A stretch of 64,000 bases of DNA from contig AP026135.1 in assembly GCA_030295235.1 (NCBI GenBank), forward strand, positions 1,178,001-1,242,000. Direction: 5' to 3'. A program made the translations under genes and the position numbers. The stretch's first letter is position 1, and every line of letters begins with the position of its first letter. The notes beneath the pieces are model-generated. The model worked only from the letters and a program-made list of their open reading frames with translations. It did no database searches and had not been told where the DNA came from. Positions 33,980-46,836 of this stretch are shown piece by piece. The stretch is from Fistulifera solaris. Lineage: Eukaryota.

Positions 33980-34533
33980 GATCCTTCTGTCGTTTTTTTT
34001 GTGCAAAAGAGAGACAGAAATACAGCGAAACAGAGCGAATAGCAGTCAGCCGATTTCACTATCAAATCGACCAGCAATGAAAGGATAAGAGCTGTTTCCG
34101 GAGCACCGAAGAATCGGAAAAGATACAGAGCCAGGTGAATGCTATAGAAGAGTTGCTATAGATGGATCGAAGAGGAAGAGAAGTGTTTTGTTGACAGTTG
34201 ACATCTGCTCGGCCGATCTCGATAATCAGTGATTCTCTGGCGCCGGCTGATAGATAGCGCGTTACTAGTCTTATCGGTTTTAAAACTCAACATCCTGCTA
34301 AAGGTGACACGTGTATCTTTTGAGTATTGCGCTGCGTGTAAGCGCCTTTTTTACGACTGCATTTTCAGTCACGTAACCCTATCCTCACGCTATATCCGAC
34401 ACACAGCACACACCGTGTGAATTGCAACCATTACTACAAAGTATAGTCGTCCATAAGCCTTACCGTCATATTTTTCTATATTCATTACTTCATTGTTATC
34501 CTTCTCGCTGTCATTCAATAATATTACAAAAGA

Positions 34534-35661
34534 ATGTCGAATCCGCTTAAGAGCAAGCGCACGAAAAACAGTACAATTCAGAAAGCGAACCGCAATTCAC
34601 TGGCTGTGATAGTATTAGACGCGAGTCCTCTTGCATGGGGAGAACACGATGTAAAGAGGAAAGCTCTCGATCGAGCTCGTCAGGCGGCGGGTAAATCCAG
34701 TATGGGACCGGCAATCTTAGAGGAAGTTTTGCAATCAGTCGTAGCATTATGCAATTGCGTTGTGTCTCTCGAACGCTCTTCTGCTTTGATTATTCTCGCT
34801 GTCGCCAACAACGAATGCGCAACTGTATTTCCCCGCAAAGATCAACTTGCACAATGGATGGTAGGTTCCTATACCCCAAATACGCAACACATTTCGGAAT
34901 TATTGATTACGGGTGTCGCGGAGCTGTTGACAAGAGTCGTGACGAACGACAAACCCCTAGATCCAGATTCCCGACAAGCGGCAATGGCTGCGGCCTTTTC
35001 GTCAGCTCTCTGTCTTTTAAACCGGATGATGGTTGTCGCTCGTGCCGGAGGAATTAGTGCTTTGCAGCAGCCGCACTATTTGGAGCGAGCCGAAGATGAA
35101 GGAGTAGTGGCCATGATGGAGACCTCCGGTAATAGAAATAACAATTCGAGTCTGAATGCAAACTCCAAGTCGGCGTGGTCGCCACGAATTTTATTGATCC
35201 AAGCGTCGGAAGATCGCGCTCGTGATTACAATGCTTTTATGAATTGCGCATTTGCGGCCAAGAAGGAAAATATTACCGTTGATGGATGTTTTCTCACTGC
35301 TTCGACCAATCCCAAGGATGCTACGACATCGTCAAGCAGTCGATTCTTGGAACAAGTCTGTGATTTGACGGGAGGTGTTTATTCGGCGCCATCCGGTATG
35401 GCACAAGTTGGCGGTGCACTGACACAAGTATTGCTCAGTGTCTTTTTGGCGCCCGTGCCCTGTCGAGCGATATTGAACTTGCCGGCTTTGAATAAGGTGG
35501 ACTTTCGGGCTCGCTGTTTTGAAACGGGCGCGACTGTGGATCAAGCCTATGTTTGCAATTTGTGTTTGAGTATATTTCGAAATCGTCCGAGCGGCTCATA
35601 TTGTCCCACGTGCCAAGCAAAAATTGCTGCTGCCGATCCTTCGAGACGGAAATCGATTTAG
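34534..35661 (+). CDS. TFB4: TFIIH subunit p34/Tfb4
   Basis: vWA-like fold (LAVIVLDASP..W; YNAFMNCAFAA; LEQVCDLTGGVY) and C-terminal VDFRARCF...YVCNLCLSIF...CPTC zinc finger. Confidence 0.9.
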   Translation: MSNPLKSKRTKNSTIQKANRNSLAVIVLDASPLAWGEHDVKRKALDRARQAAGKSSMGPAILEEVLQSVVALCNCVVSLERSSALIILAVANNECATVFPRKDQLAQWMVGSYTPNTQHISELLITGVAELLTRVVTNDKPLDPDSRQAAMAAAFSSALCLLNRMMVVARAGGISALQQPHYLERAEDEGVVAMMETSGNRNNNSSLNANSKSAWSPRILLIQASEDRARDYNAFMNCAFAAKKENITVDGCFLTASTNPKDATTSSSSRFLEQVCDLTGGVYSAPSGMAQVGGALTQVLLSVFLAPVPCRAILNLPALNKVDFRARCFETGATVDQAYVCNLCLSIFRNRPSGSYCPTCQAKIAAADPSRRKSI

Positions 35662-36022
35662 CTATGGTGACACACATTAGCTTGCCCAATTCAACTGACT
35701 CAAATTGCGTCTTGAGACTCGTGTGAAATAAAACTACGGCGCGTACTTGCTCGTTCGTCAAGCAAAGGCTACTATCCTTACAATTTGAATGCAGCGATTG
35801 TTCAGGACTCAGGTTATGAATGATTACGACCGTTCAAGCAAGAAGATGAAGACTTGAGATCCAAGCTGATGATTCTGATGCTTGAGACGCGGTTCTAAGA
35901 GAGAATTGTAACGAAATGTTAAGACCGTGATCATTCCTACGTAGACAAAACATTACTCCGTACAAAATATACGGTTGTGGACGTTCGAACAAGAAGCGTC
36001 TGAAGATTGTGGAAGAAATTTT

Positions 36023-36832
36023 TCAAGAGTAAGGGAGGGGTAAGGAGCGATGAACCGCATGATGGTTTATATCTCCAACAAAAATGAAGACGCTTCCGAA
36101 ATGGGGCCCTTTGTTTTGAGTGGAGCTTGCGGCTTGCTTTTTAGGTCTTGTGAACGATCTTACAGTCGGCGAACGCACCTCTACCAAACTGGCAATACGC
36201 TTTGGGGGAAGCACTGCTTTGTCCCTTTTCTTGGTCGACACGTTTGCCGAGGCTTGTCCTACGGTTGGCAAGTTTACTCCTTCGCTTCCGATGCTGTTCA
36301 TAGATGCTGTCTGCTGAGTTGCGAAGGAATCCTCCAGAAAAGGCAGACGTTTGGGTACGGTGGGAGGATGACACGATAGGTTTCTAGGTTCCTCAAGGGC
36401 TTTCGAGATCCGATCTCGATGTACTCGCCAGCAATTTCGGTATGATGCTTGCATTGGATTCCAATTTGCTTTGGAGCCAATTGTTGGTAGTGGATTTGAT
36501 GGAGTGACTTTTGGAGGTTCCTGGTTTCGGCTTGCGTTTGATCGGTTTCGAATTGTCTGCATTCGCTGGTATTCCACATATGTTTCCTCGTGTTCGTCCT
36601 CCGACTCGGACGATAATTCATATTGATCGCTTGACGAATCATCAAACGTTATGTCTGATGCTGCACATGAGTCGTAAAACAACCAGCAGTCGATTCCTTC
36701 GATCGGAATAACATCGGGAGAAAAATCATGCATCACGATGCTTTCATCATCTTCTCTCATGGTGACGATGCTTTCTTTCAAATTTGTGGTGAGTATATTT
36801 GAAGAGTCACGGTGGCCGTGTGCACTTTCCAT
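36023..36832 (-). CDS. Hypothetical, largely disordered protein with PxxPxR-like motifs
   Basis: 269-aa ATG ORF with an acidic/Ser-rich N-terminal half and PPTVPKR, LPPKRIAS motifs. Confidence 0.55.
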   Translation of the reverse strand: MESAHGHRDSSNILTTNLKESIVTMREDDESIVMHDFSPDVIPIEGIDCWLFYDSCAASDITFDDSSSDQYELSSESEDEHEETYVEYQRMQTIRNRSNASRNQEPPKVTPSNPLPTIGSKANWNPMQASYRNCWRVHRDRISKALEEPRNLSCHPPTVPKRLPFLEDSFATQQTASMNSIGSEGVNLPTVGQASANVSTKKRDKAVLPPKRIASLVEVRSPTVRSFTRPKKQAASSTQNKGPHFGSVFIFVGDINHHAVHRSLPLPYS

Positions 36833-37568
36833 TAAGAAGTATTTGGGTTCGTTTAGGAAAACAAAAGATCAATCAGACTCTTGCGTACCCTTTACGGGCT
36901 CGTTAAAGACGAGAGAAATCCTTGTCAGGGGACCTGCAAACAGAAAAAAGGTTTTTCGTTCGGATGGAATACAGAAGACGCCAGACTAAAAGACAGACGA
37001 TTTCGACGCGGCTCTTGTTAGTCTGGTAGATTGAGACTTATCCGAATCTGGTTGGCGGGCTGGAGCTTCACTTGATTGCGTTGTGCTAATTGCCGATTAC
37101 ATGGTTTCTTTGACTTTTTGATCCGGAAGAATTCTTGTTGACGGGAGAGAAAGGACTTGGATGACAGTACTATCTACTAGGGCTTAATGATTAATAATCA
37201 CAGGCTTTTCTCACCGTTACCGAGTACTTAAATTTCGGAAGCGGTGAAAGTGAAAGGTACCAAGTATAAATAATTATTGAGTATTTTTTATGCTCGCATC
37301 TCCCGCTTTCGATCTTCGCTCGGATTTAAGCATTACTACGGAGTGTGAATCGTTATCACCTAAAGTGATCCAAATGCAAAGTTTCAATAATAAGCTATAC
37401 TGTTCCCTCCTCGAGTCTCAATTTAGAATAATTCAAACATGGACCAACGAAGTTCTTCTGCCGGGGCTATCATCTACAAGCTGTAGTGCAGAACGAGCTA
37501 CAAACTACGAGAGATCGATAACCTGTTGACTGAATACATAGGATATTTAACAGAAAACGATGTTTGCT

Positions 37569-38190
37569 TTATCGAGTAATGGACTTTCGACCACCCCTTC
37601 GGAAAAATCGGCTGATCCGTTCGTTCTTTTTTGTATTCTTCTGAGAAGCAACAGTATCGTCAGCTCGTGTACTCTCGCGCTTGATCCTCTGCCCTCTACT
37701 ACCAGTAGCAAGCCATTGGAATTCATCGACACTGAGACTTGCAACAGATGTGGTTTGTTGTGTTGCAATCGTTTCATCGCACCTACGAAGATTTTTTTTT
37801 GCTTGCGTTTTGAGTTTTGCTTCGTAGACTCTCTTGTGCTTCAATTGATGAAGACGTGGCTGTACACTGATTACACTGATCTTTCATTCGCTTTGAATTC
37901 GTTGACTTGCTCGTCTCCTTTGTGTTCTTTCTCGTTTTCTTTTTGTTTGACCGATTTCCTGCTGTCAGCATTTGACGATAGTCATCAAATTTCTTACTTT
38001 CTTCTTCCTCTTGGGAACTCCACGAGTCATCCCATGAGGACAATGATGATTCATCGCCTTCGTTGAAATAATAATCAAACGTAATCTCTGATGCTGTCGA
38101 AGCGTTGAAGGTCTTAGAATCCTGTCGATGTTCCATTGCTGGAACGTTTGGCCACACGATAGCTGATCGGTGACTACTTGGTTGATTCAT
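37569..38190 (-). CDS. Hypothetical low-complexity protein (one frameshift in a homopolymer)
   Basis: ORFs 37783..38190 and 37569..37844 join if one base is removed from the T9 run at 37792-37800. Shares an AS[DE]ITFD motif with the neighbour at 36023..36832. Confidence 0.45.
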
Positions 38191-39725
38191 GCTCTTTGTT
38201 TTTGTAATCCCCTAATTTATAACTTTGAACGGCAAGAAATCAATGAGTAAAGATCAATGCGCTGTTGCTTTTCGTTGAATGGCAACGCGAAAGTCATAAA
38301 AACGTATCGAGTGTGTCTGGGCTGCCGAGTCAGTCGTCATTATCCAAATTCCGGTTTCCGTTTCTGGTTTCTGGTTTCTGATTCGTGCCTGTATTCGCTA
38401 TTGATCTTTCGCAGTACACGATACAAAGCAAGCGATCACTGTGACCTGTAAGTAGATGATGCACATGGTATTCCATAATTGTTTTTCAAGATCTACCTAA
38501 ACCTAGTTCTGTCTTGGAAAATGTAATCTCTTTTGAGTTCTTCAGAGTTCTTGTGGATGGCAAATGGCGAATGGCGACCATAAGACCATAAGACCAATCT
38601 TCTTTCAATCATGCATGATGGGTCACGGGTTGCTGTCCCATTTCCAATCGTGTCGGCCGTTGGCCACATGCCGCATACAAGTACATGCCGCATAAACTTT
38701 GAACGGAATCTTTTTCCTTTGAGAGATGAAAGCTGGATAGCTAATAGCAATTATCGGTGCTTTTAGAAGCTATTCTGTGCTCTTTGAAATGTACCCCGTA
38801 TTTATTACTAACTCAAGACTCAACGGAGAACGAAATTGAGCACTGAGGACTCACTTATCAGCATTTGGCAGTCAGCAGCTCATTATTTGTTGTCATTCGT
38901 TGTTCTTGCTGTTTCTGATGCTTGGTCTCTGGGACGTTTGCTCCACGCTAAAGAAATGCCAAACAAAAACAAAATACGTTTTACATTGTCTGGGTCGTTT
39001 TTTCTGGTTTAGATTATGTTTTTCGCTTTGCATTTTTGTGCCAACTGTCACCTGATCGATTGATTAAATCTAGCCTCAACTCACATTCATTATCCCTGGT
39101 TTAATCATCCTTGCTTTAGATAGATTTATTACTTTATCACCTTTCTGCACTCTGAAACTCTGGAAGACCAACCACAAAATACCAAGGACAACTTTCGTTT
39201 TCATGAGCAATAAATATCATCCATCATCATTCATCATCGACTCGCAGTCAAAGCAAGTTGCGATGCCTCCGAGTTAGAACGTCTACTGGTATATTCGAAC
39301 CAACAAACAATAATAAGCGACATGGTATGAACTTGAAGACGTAAAAAGCACGAAAGATGTAACGCTTTGAATGTCTACGTAGATTTCACGTGGCTCTTGT
39401 TAGGGGATTTATCGACAGAGGCCAACCCGGATCTACTAACGTCTGTAAGTCTTCAGCAGACGTCAGGCATCAATTAAGCGGCGCGTCCCACAAAATTCGT
39501 GACGAAATTTTCTTCTTTTCTCATTTTTCGAAGCCCTGCAACAGACACACACACATTGCAACGTATTATTGCAGAGGAAAGAACCCCATAAAGGTCAAGA
39601 CGTTTTCTTAACGTGGTTGTCAACGCTAAGTTCCTATTACATATCGTTCTGATCATCTTGTTAAATTAAATGGTGGTTTTGCTCGCAATTTGAACGACAC
39701 CGATAGCAAAGTTGTGTCGCCTCTG

Positions 39726-41504
39726 ATGATCGATTATTGCATGAGTTCTCTCTTGCGTCGATCTTACCACTCTGAACTATCATTCCACAACGGGATACAT
39801 GTCTTTCTTTATGCTTTGTTGATTTATATTCTCATCCGTGTACACCGCTGGAAAAGCGCTGAAAGAGAACGGTATGACTGGCCGTATGTGAAGCTCGATC
39901 AAATGAGATGCAGTCATTACAGGCAGATCATTGAGGAAGTCCGACTCAATAAAGTTCCTGCAAGCATAGAAATCATCTTTGAGATTCTAGAGTCGAAATT
40001 GTCAAGAATAATATGGCTCAATGAAGACACATTCATATCAATGAACGGATGGAGTATCAAACGCTTCATCGAAGCGCCCGAATTACTTAGAATGTTAGCA
40101 CTAGATTTTACTTGCTCGAGGAGAAATGGGCCTTGGAAACGGATTCATGTTTATAGCAGATCTTCCCAATCCGCAGTCGAGGCTGTTTTGACTCTTATGT
40201 CTTTCGAACATCAGTTCAATACGGTGGACATTTGCTATCACCGGGACATTAGTGATCCCGAAACTCCCCTTGATATTTCCGCATTGACCCCCGAATTCAT
40301 TCGAATGCTGTTGGAAGTGAGGCCAAATCGCCACATCGAAATTGGATTCGAAGGGCTCTGTTTCAGTTCTGAACAAAGTGAGGCTTTGGCACTCTACTCA
40401 TTTTCTTTGAACTTGGGCCACAACACAACTGTCGATGGCCTAGCCTTTATCAACGCATTACGAAAGCGAGATCAGCCCCTACATTCGCTCAGCTTGCGAG
40501 AACGACCATTTGACGACGTAAACTGGGACCGCCTTCTTATGCATCTAGCGGAAGGCAGAACAATGCTCGTTCGTTCTTTCACACTCTTTCATGGTTGTTT
40601 TGTTGGGCCAAACGACTGTCCTTTCCTCGTGAAAGCTCGAGTCGAACGGCTAACGGTGCATAGTGCATGCTTCCACGACGACGGAGAAGCTCTTGTTGAA
40701 GCAGTCGCTCTAGGAAAGTGCCCGCCCCATCTTCATCTTATTGGTTATCAACCGGAAATGTTCGTGCGGACGGTACAATCTCTTTCGGAAGAAACATGTA
40801 TGTTGAAGAGTTTCTGGATCAGTCTATCAGGTCCGCAGCATGCATATCATCTTCGCCACGCTTTGCGGATCGCACTAGCAACTAACCGCTCCCTAGAAGT
40901 TCTTACCATCGACAATGTGGTAGACGTGAGTGACTGGGTGGCGATTTTTGCTCCTTTGATCTCGAATCAAACATTATGTAAGCTGTCCTTGAACCATATT
41001 GAACAAACTAGTCCCGATGCTGCACGGGCAATCGTACATCTACTGGAATCGAATCGCAATCTTGAAATTTCGTTCAGCTTCTCGGGATCTCCTCGAAAAC
41101 AATGTCGCGATGCATGGGAGAAAACGATCGAGAATACTCAAAAACTGAATCGGTTTCTTCGGAACGCCACACCATTTGTCTCGAACAATGGACATCAATA
41201 CCGAGAAGCTCTTTTCAATGAGGCTCTCGCTCGGAATCGCCATGACGTACGTCGTATGGCAATACTATTATCCCAGAATACCGATTTGTTGGCCAATGTC
41301 AAACCTGCTATTGATTCAGCACCAAATAAGCACATTTGGTATGGTTCAAAAATGGAGTTGGCTCGGTTTTATCAAACGCAACGGCAAACTATATCACGAT
41401 GGATGGATGCTGTCCAAGAAAATGTACATATACGAGCGGATGATTTCGGACATCTTCTCACTGATGTTTTGATTTGCCACCGCGAGCAAGAGAGTGCCTT
41501 GTGA
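39726..41504 (+). CDS. Hypothetical protein with C-terminal RNI/LRR-like repeats (diatom-expanded family type)
   Basis: About 590-aa ORF; repeats ALATNRSLEVL, NQTLCKLSL, LLESNRNL. First in-frame ATG is at 39726. Confidence 0.7.
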   Translation: MIDYCMSSLLRRSYHSELSFHNGIHVFLYALLIYILIRVHRWKSAERERYDWPYVKLDQMRCSHYRQIIEEVRLNKVPASIEIIFEILESKLSRIIWLNEDTFISMNGWSIKRFIEAPELLRMLALDFTCSRRNGPWKRIHVYSRSSQSAVEAVLTLMSFEHQFNTVDICYHRDISDPETPLDISALTPEFIRMLLEVRPNRHIEIGFEGLCFSSEQSEALALYSFSLNLGHNTTVDGLAFINALRKRDQPLHSLSLRERPFDDVNWDRLLMHLAEGRTMLVRSFTLFHGCFVGPNDCPFLVKARVERLTVHSACFHDDGEALVEAVALGKCPPHLHLIGYQPEMFVRTVQSLSEETCMLKSFWISLSGPQHAYHLRHALRIALATNRSLEVLTIDNVVDVSDWVAIFAPLISNQTLCKLSLNHIEQTSPDAARAIVHLLESNRNLEISFSFSGSPRKQCRDAWEKTIENTQKLNRFLRNATPFVSNNGHQYREALFNEALARNRHDVRRMAILLSQNTDLLANVKPAIDSAPNKHIWYGSKMELARFYQTQRQTISRWMDAVQENVHIRADDFGHLLTDVLICHREQESAL

Positions 41505-41724
41505 CCTCCCTCCTCTGATGACTTGAGTTTCGAGCTTGTACATGGCTACTGACTCGTTTGTATTCTTCATTAATTGTTATTGGATTTCAATTAAGGCATC
41601 TGATAAAATTATCAATTATCACGTTTCATATTACTTGCCACTATCTGTGTGGCTATCGAACGACCGATCATAAAATGTTATAGCGCGAACAACAAGCAAC
41701 TTTAACGATGTACTGTAACTGTTT

Positions 41725-42603
41725 TCAGGGAGTGGGAACAACTTTTCGCTGCCCATCCTTGACCTTGAAATCAATGTTCGTCAGTCGCACTCCTCCTAAA
41801 ATATGTTCGGGCAATGTTTCTGCTGAATCTCCTTCAAGTAGGAACATCATATCTACGGTCAAGCTCTTGGCGCACCCTATCGCACAACGAACAATTCGTT
41901 GAGCCACCTTATTCGAGCCGATATCGACAACCATTTCCAAGAAACGTTCGGTGCGCGTGTAATAGTGCTTTAGTTTTTGCCCTAGAACGGCGGGTTTGCT
42001 CCCCACTGCCTTTCTTACCATGACATTCCCCTCAACGATCCTCGGTATAAGTTTGAATGCCTTGTTGCGCACCTCATCATCATCACCAAAGAAGAATGGC
42101 TCCGTCAATTTTCCGAGCGGCGTCGAAGTATCCTTCAAAACACTAACATCTTCAATACCAAAGTACGCAACCCAATGATACGTAGCAGTGCCCGCCGGAA
42201 CACACAGATTCACCGCATAAATGAACGCCGGTAGGATTTGCTCACCCGTTTCCTGTTCTTCTCGCAAAGCTGTTTGAATCCGTTCGCTGGGATGCGAACA
42301 CAACCCCGTCAACAGAGGTTCATCTACTTGCACGAGATCACACGTCAGTAATTGAAAAACGCTCGGAAGAGACGGAGTCTTCACTTTATCTTCCAGATAG
42401 GTAACACTGCGGACATCAAATTCACGCGCATCTCCTTCCTCCCAGGCATTGCGACGCAGCGGCATAGGAACAAGTACAAACTGTGCTGTCTCGTAGGGAT
42501 TATGACGGACGCGCTGTTTCTCGAGTTCTTCATCCGAGGACGGAGCTGTCGGAGACGACGGGCGCGAATGTTTGTTGCGTCGAGCTTGAATGCGTGCTAA
42601 CAT
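41725..42603 (-). CDS. EDR2 C-terminal domain (DUF1336) protein
   Basis: VRSVTYLEDKVK, FKLIPRIVEG..VRKAVG.KP, EMVVDIGS, LPEHILGGVRL. Confidence 0.85.
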   Translation of the reverse strand: MLARIQARRNKHSRPSSPTAPSSDEELEKQRVRHNPYETAQFVLVPMPLRRNAWEEGDAREFDVRSVTYLEDKVKTPSLPSVFQLLTCDLVQVDEPLLTGLCSHPSERIQTALREEQETGEQILPAFIYAVNLCVPAGTATYHWVAYFGIEDVSVLKDTSTPLGKLTEPFFFGDDDEVRNKAFKLIPRIVEGNVMVRKAVGSKPAVLGQKLKHYYTRTERFLEMVVDIGSNKVAQRIVRCAIGCAKSLTVDMMFLLEGDSAETLPEHILGGVRLTNIDFKVKDGQRKVVPTP

Positions 42604-43362
42604 TATAACAAGTTTGTAAGGTGCGGTCTTTTTTCGAGTTGAAAATTATAGCCTCTTTTACAAATGCTGTGAAAAGTTAAAGTTACTTTCAACCGATATC
42701 CAGCAACGTTACTAGGTATATTGCTTTAAATGGTGAGGAATCTCCTCGTCGAGAAAATGCCTTTTTGTTTTACTACGTAGTATGTGCCCTTGTTATTTCG
42801 AGGTCGAACGTCGAACGAGAGTGTTTTTCCACCTCCACCAAAATCAAACGGATTTATTTCTTCGACAGTCGGAAGTTAAATGCGTGAAACTACATTTTGT
42901 TGATACAAAGACTTTTTCTATTGAGGTATTTAGCAGGCAAGACCCAGAACTTAGTTTTGGATTAATGACTGGAGTACCGGAGCATTAGCAATTGCACACG
43001 GAGGACGAAAATTTTCATGAAAACGGACCACGTGCCTTTCACACGACAAGATAAACGCGAACCTTTATCTACACCAAAGCAAAACGGTCTTCTCATTTCT
43101 ATTCACCCTTGTCGAGTCAGAAAACTTAAACGAGATCGAAGACATGCAACTAGAATGCTGTACAATTGATCGGTAATCATTTCAGTTATAAAATACCAGA
43201 TGCCAGCTGAAAACAATGGTTAGACAGCAATCTGGACAGGGTGATTCGTCATTCATGACCTTCAGTCTTGGACACGTTTAACCTACAAATCTGAAAGCCT
43301 ATAAGGCTCAACTGCCGGCAAACAAAGACATGAGCTGTTCAACAGTATGACTAGTAATTAAA

Positions 43363-44533
43363 TTACTCATCACCTAAGGTAGCACCTCCCATACGAGCCA
43401 TGGGATCCGTAGGAGTCGCTGTTACACTACCACTACTTCTGGCTTCATCCCTACTCGACGGAGCCATCGGCACGAGAACAACATGACGGAAATCGATTTC
43501 GGATTCTTTTTGCATCAACTCTACCAGGTCATGCAAGGACATCAAGTTGATGGCGGGTTCGGTCCCTTGCACTTCCGCCGGAGCTTGACTCATAAATTGT
43601 TGCCACGTGGAGACCATGTTTTGCAAGGAAAAGTACATGGGCAAGAGTGTAAGAGGTTCTCCCGTGGTCGCGTCTTTTTCGTCGGTCTTTTGCATGCGCA
43701 TCTGGGCAATAGTAAAGACGGGAATTTCATTGTAACTCTCTTTGAATTTAGGAGACTCAGTCATGGCTTTTTTGCACAGCAGCTTGTGCCATTTCGGGTG
43801 TCATGCTGCCACTTTCTTTAAGTTTTTCACCATCTTCTGGGGACATCGTCAACAACATGCGTGCACCCAAAAGATCACGTGAATCCGGAACGAGGCGGTA
43901 TTGGACGGTGTTCGAAGAACCGTCACCGGCGTTCTCCTTATTGTCTTGCTTTTGCAACAAATCAAAGTAGATTTTTCCCAACGAGAAAGCGGATACCTTC
44001 AGATCCATTTCAGCATTCGATGCTTGTAGCTGTCCCAAGGTAGCATTGGCTTGTAAAGGATTGAGAAAGAAATAAAAGACGCTCGAATCGTTTTCGGGTT
44101 TGAGGACAACACCCGCTCCGCTCTGATCTGTGACGGCAAAAACGGGAATATGTTCCATCCACTCTTCAATTTCCTGTTGTGACATAGGTGGATAAGTTGA
44201 CTGGCCTCCTGCATTGCTGCTGTTGTAAGTGTTGGTAAGTTAAATGTGAGAAAACAAAGGAACAATAAAAACGAAAGGCGAGACACTTTTAGGTGTCAAC
44301 ATCTTAAAGTCAACGAAGCAAAGATATAAAACTCACCTAACATCTTTAGATGCTTCCTCCTCTTTCTTGTTATTGTTGTTGTTGTTAAATAAACCGCCTC
44401 CACGGGGCACCGAACGAGCCACAAGAGCAGGACGATGATTCCATCCGTTATTGTGACGACTCGTCGCAAACGACAACGAGCTTACGAGGAATAAAAGAAC
44501 GGCAATACAGCGATTCATCATCGAGTTAAACAT
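43363..44533 (-). CDS. Tic22-like plastid envelope import chaperone; exons 44337..44533 and 43363..44219, one frameshift
   Basis: Signal peptide; GTGAGT donor at 44336 and NAGNAG acceptor; duplicated IPVF motifs, SLGKIY, PMYFS. Removing one base from the T6 run at 43768-43773 restores QKAMTESPKF. Confidence 0.7.
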
Positions 44534-44898
44534 TTTTGTATCTTTTCACCGGTTTCAAGAAAATGATAATAATCGAACAAAAAATAATGATTAGATTGAA
44601 AGGTAACGACAACAACGATCCATTTTGTGATACGTTTCGAGAAAAAAAAAGAGGTGTTCGGTGGGAAAGACACTTTTGGAGAATGCCGAATACGGACAGA
44701 CTGAAAATGGTACATAATTTACAGCGGAAAGATTCCAACACGTGGAACAAACGTCACATAGATCTCATTCGTGAATGAGGCCAGCGTGAATAGAATGAAT
44801 GGCGTTCTCAATGTTTTCGTCAGAATTATCTGTCTAGCCTGGACCTAGAGTAAAATAGATAAGCGACAATCGCCAGATAATCTGCTCCTACAACTAGT

Positions 44899-46233
44899 TT
44901 ACTTTTTACGGGCCAAGAAGAAGTAAGAAGGCGTAAAGATTTCTTGTTTGCCTCCATCGACCAAGTCAATGGCCGTAGCATTCAACAAGGCACTGACACG
45001 GACCGTTCCTTTCGGGGCAATCCACAAGAGCTCCAACGTCGACACAACGGCATGTGTGATCATGCGTCCAAGACGAGTCATGCGGAATCCACTCAACGAG
45101 TACTTTCCATTCAAAGTATCGTACCAGGGAATTTGATGAGGGCTGTGCACATTCGCGTTAGCATCAAAGGCTTCCAAGACTTCAAACCCAGAGTCCTTGA
45201 GAGCTTGCTGAACTTGTTCGGCGGTAGCGAGAGTAGGTAATCCGTTTCCAACTTCAATGCCTTCTTTGATACGAAGATGATCTTTGTTGTTGGGGTCGTA
45301 TCCCTTTTCAGGGAGAACGACCCACTCGTATCCGACAAAGAGACCTCCCTTTTTCAAGAGCTGATTGACTCCAGAAAAGCACTGCACACGATCCGGACTG
45401 TGGCAAGTAGCTTCAATGGCAAAGGCCACGTCAAACTGTCCGGCCGGCAACAACTCTGGCAACTTCTGAAAGTCTCCTTGAATGAGACGGCATTTATCGG
45501 CAATGCCCTGTTCTTGGCAGTACTTGTTTCCTACTTTGACTTGGTACTCGTTGATGGTGACCCCGGTAATATCACTGTTGGTGAAATGCTGAATGTTGCG
45601 CATGGGTCCACCGACACCACATCCAACATCGACGGCCTTGGTGTTGGGTCCCATACCAGCTCGCAACGCCAAATAGTGTTCCGCACGCTTGATAGACTCC
45701 ATGAAGGTTTCTCCCTTGACACGAGGAGCAAAGTGGAAGGACTGTGTTTCAAAAAGAAGCGTTTTATGGGGATAAATTAAGTAGAATGTGAGACACGAGA
45801 AGAAAAGACACGACACGTATGTTGCTACAACAATCCCTCCTTTCTCTCAAACACCTAGACAGTCTCGATAATGACGCACCTGTCCCCATCCCCATTCATA
45901 AAAGTCCGTAACAAGATCATAAAAGTTGTTAATCATCGTCTTGTATTCCTTTTCACGTTTCTGAATGCTCGCTTGATCGTGAAGACTTCCTACATTTTTG
46001 CGCGCTCCCGTAAACAAGTCATCATAATCATCCATACTATTCTTGACTTGATTGCGTTTCAAAACACTGTCCTTATTTTGCAACAAAGTGGCCGATCCGG
46101 AAAAGCATGTCTTGTAAAGGAGAGTGACCGCGACAGTCGCTCCTCCGGCGAGTAGCAACGGCGTGCTGTGTTCGCCGGCAGCTGCCGTGATCTTGTCGAT
46201 CAATTGAGTTAGTTTCTCGTTGCTGCGCGTCAT
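44899..46233 (-). CDS. SMT1: Sterol 24-C-methyltransferase, complement join(44899..45741,45880..46233)
   Basis: Spliced YEWGWGQ-SFHFAPR; DVGCGVGGP; AIEATCH; YEW; IEVGNGL; FTPSYFFLARK. Confidence 0.93.
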
Positions 46234-46836
46234 TCTTTCGAAAAGGAATGTGTTTGCTACACACAAGTTCTCGTTTTGGCTCACGAAGCAAACGAATGTG
46301 CAAGATGCACGGCTGAAGGCTCTGAGCAAAAAAAACTCTTTTTCTTTGTTGCATCATCGTCGTCGTCGATTTTGACTGTTGGTTATAGTGTAGATTGGTG
46401 TGCGGTGGAAACCTGGATCCAAAACCAATGCCGTTCCTGGAGGTTCGTAAGATGACTAGTGAAAAACAGTACAACGTCATTTTTTGTTATCCAACCGTTG
46501 ATTACCGTATTGTCCAAGTGATTGTTTCCGTTGCTCAGATGGAAAGAATGAATGGATTGGGTGAGAATCTCGTGGCACTATCGGTGAAAATGAAGAATAC
46601 ATCATTACTATACAAACAGTCAGTGCCCTTATCTCCCTCCACATTTACATCGACATTCAATTCTCTTCATCATGCTGGTAATGGAGAGGTGCGAGCGCCT
46701 CAACATTCTCTTTATTCTTCTAACCTACCTGTACCAGGTAACCTTCTCATTCAAACCATAACCTTTTCATACAGCGTAAGCATTCCTTCAAAAATGTGCC
46801 CTCCGGAACTGGAAGCAACGGCATATTGCCAAGACT

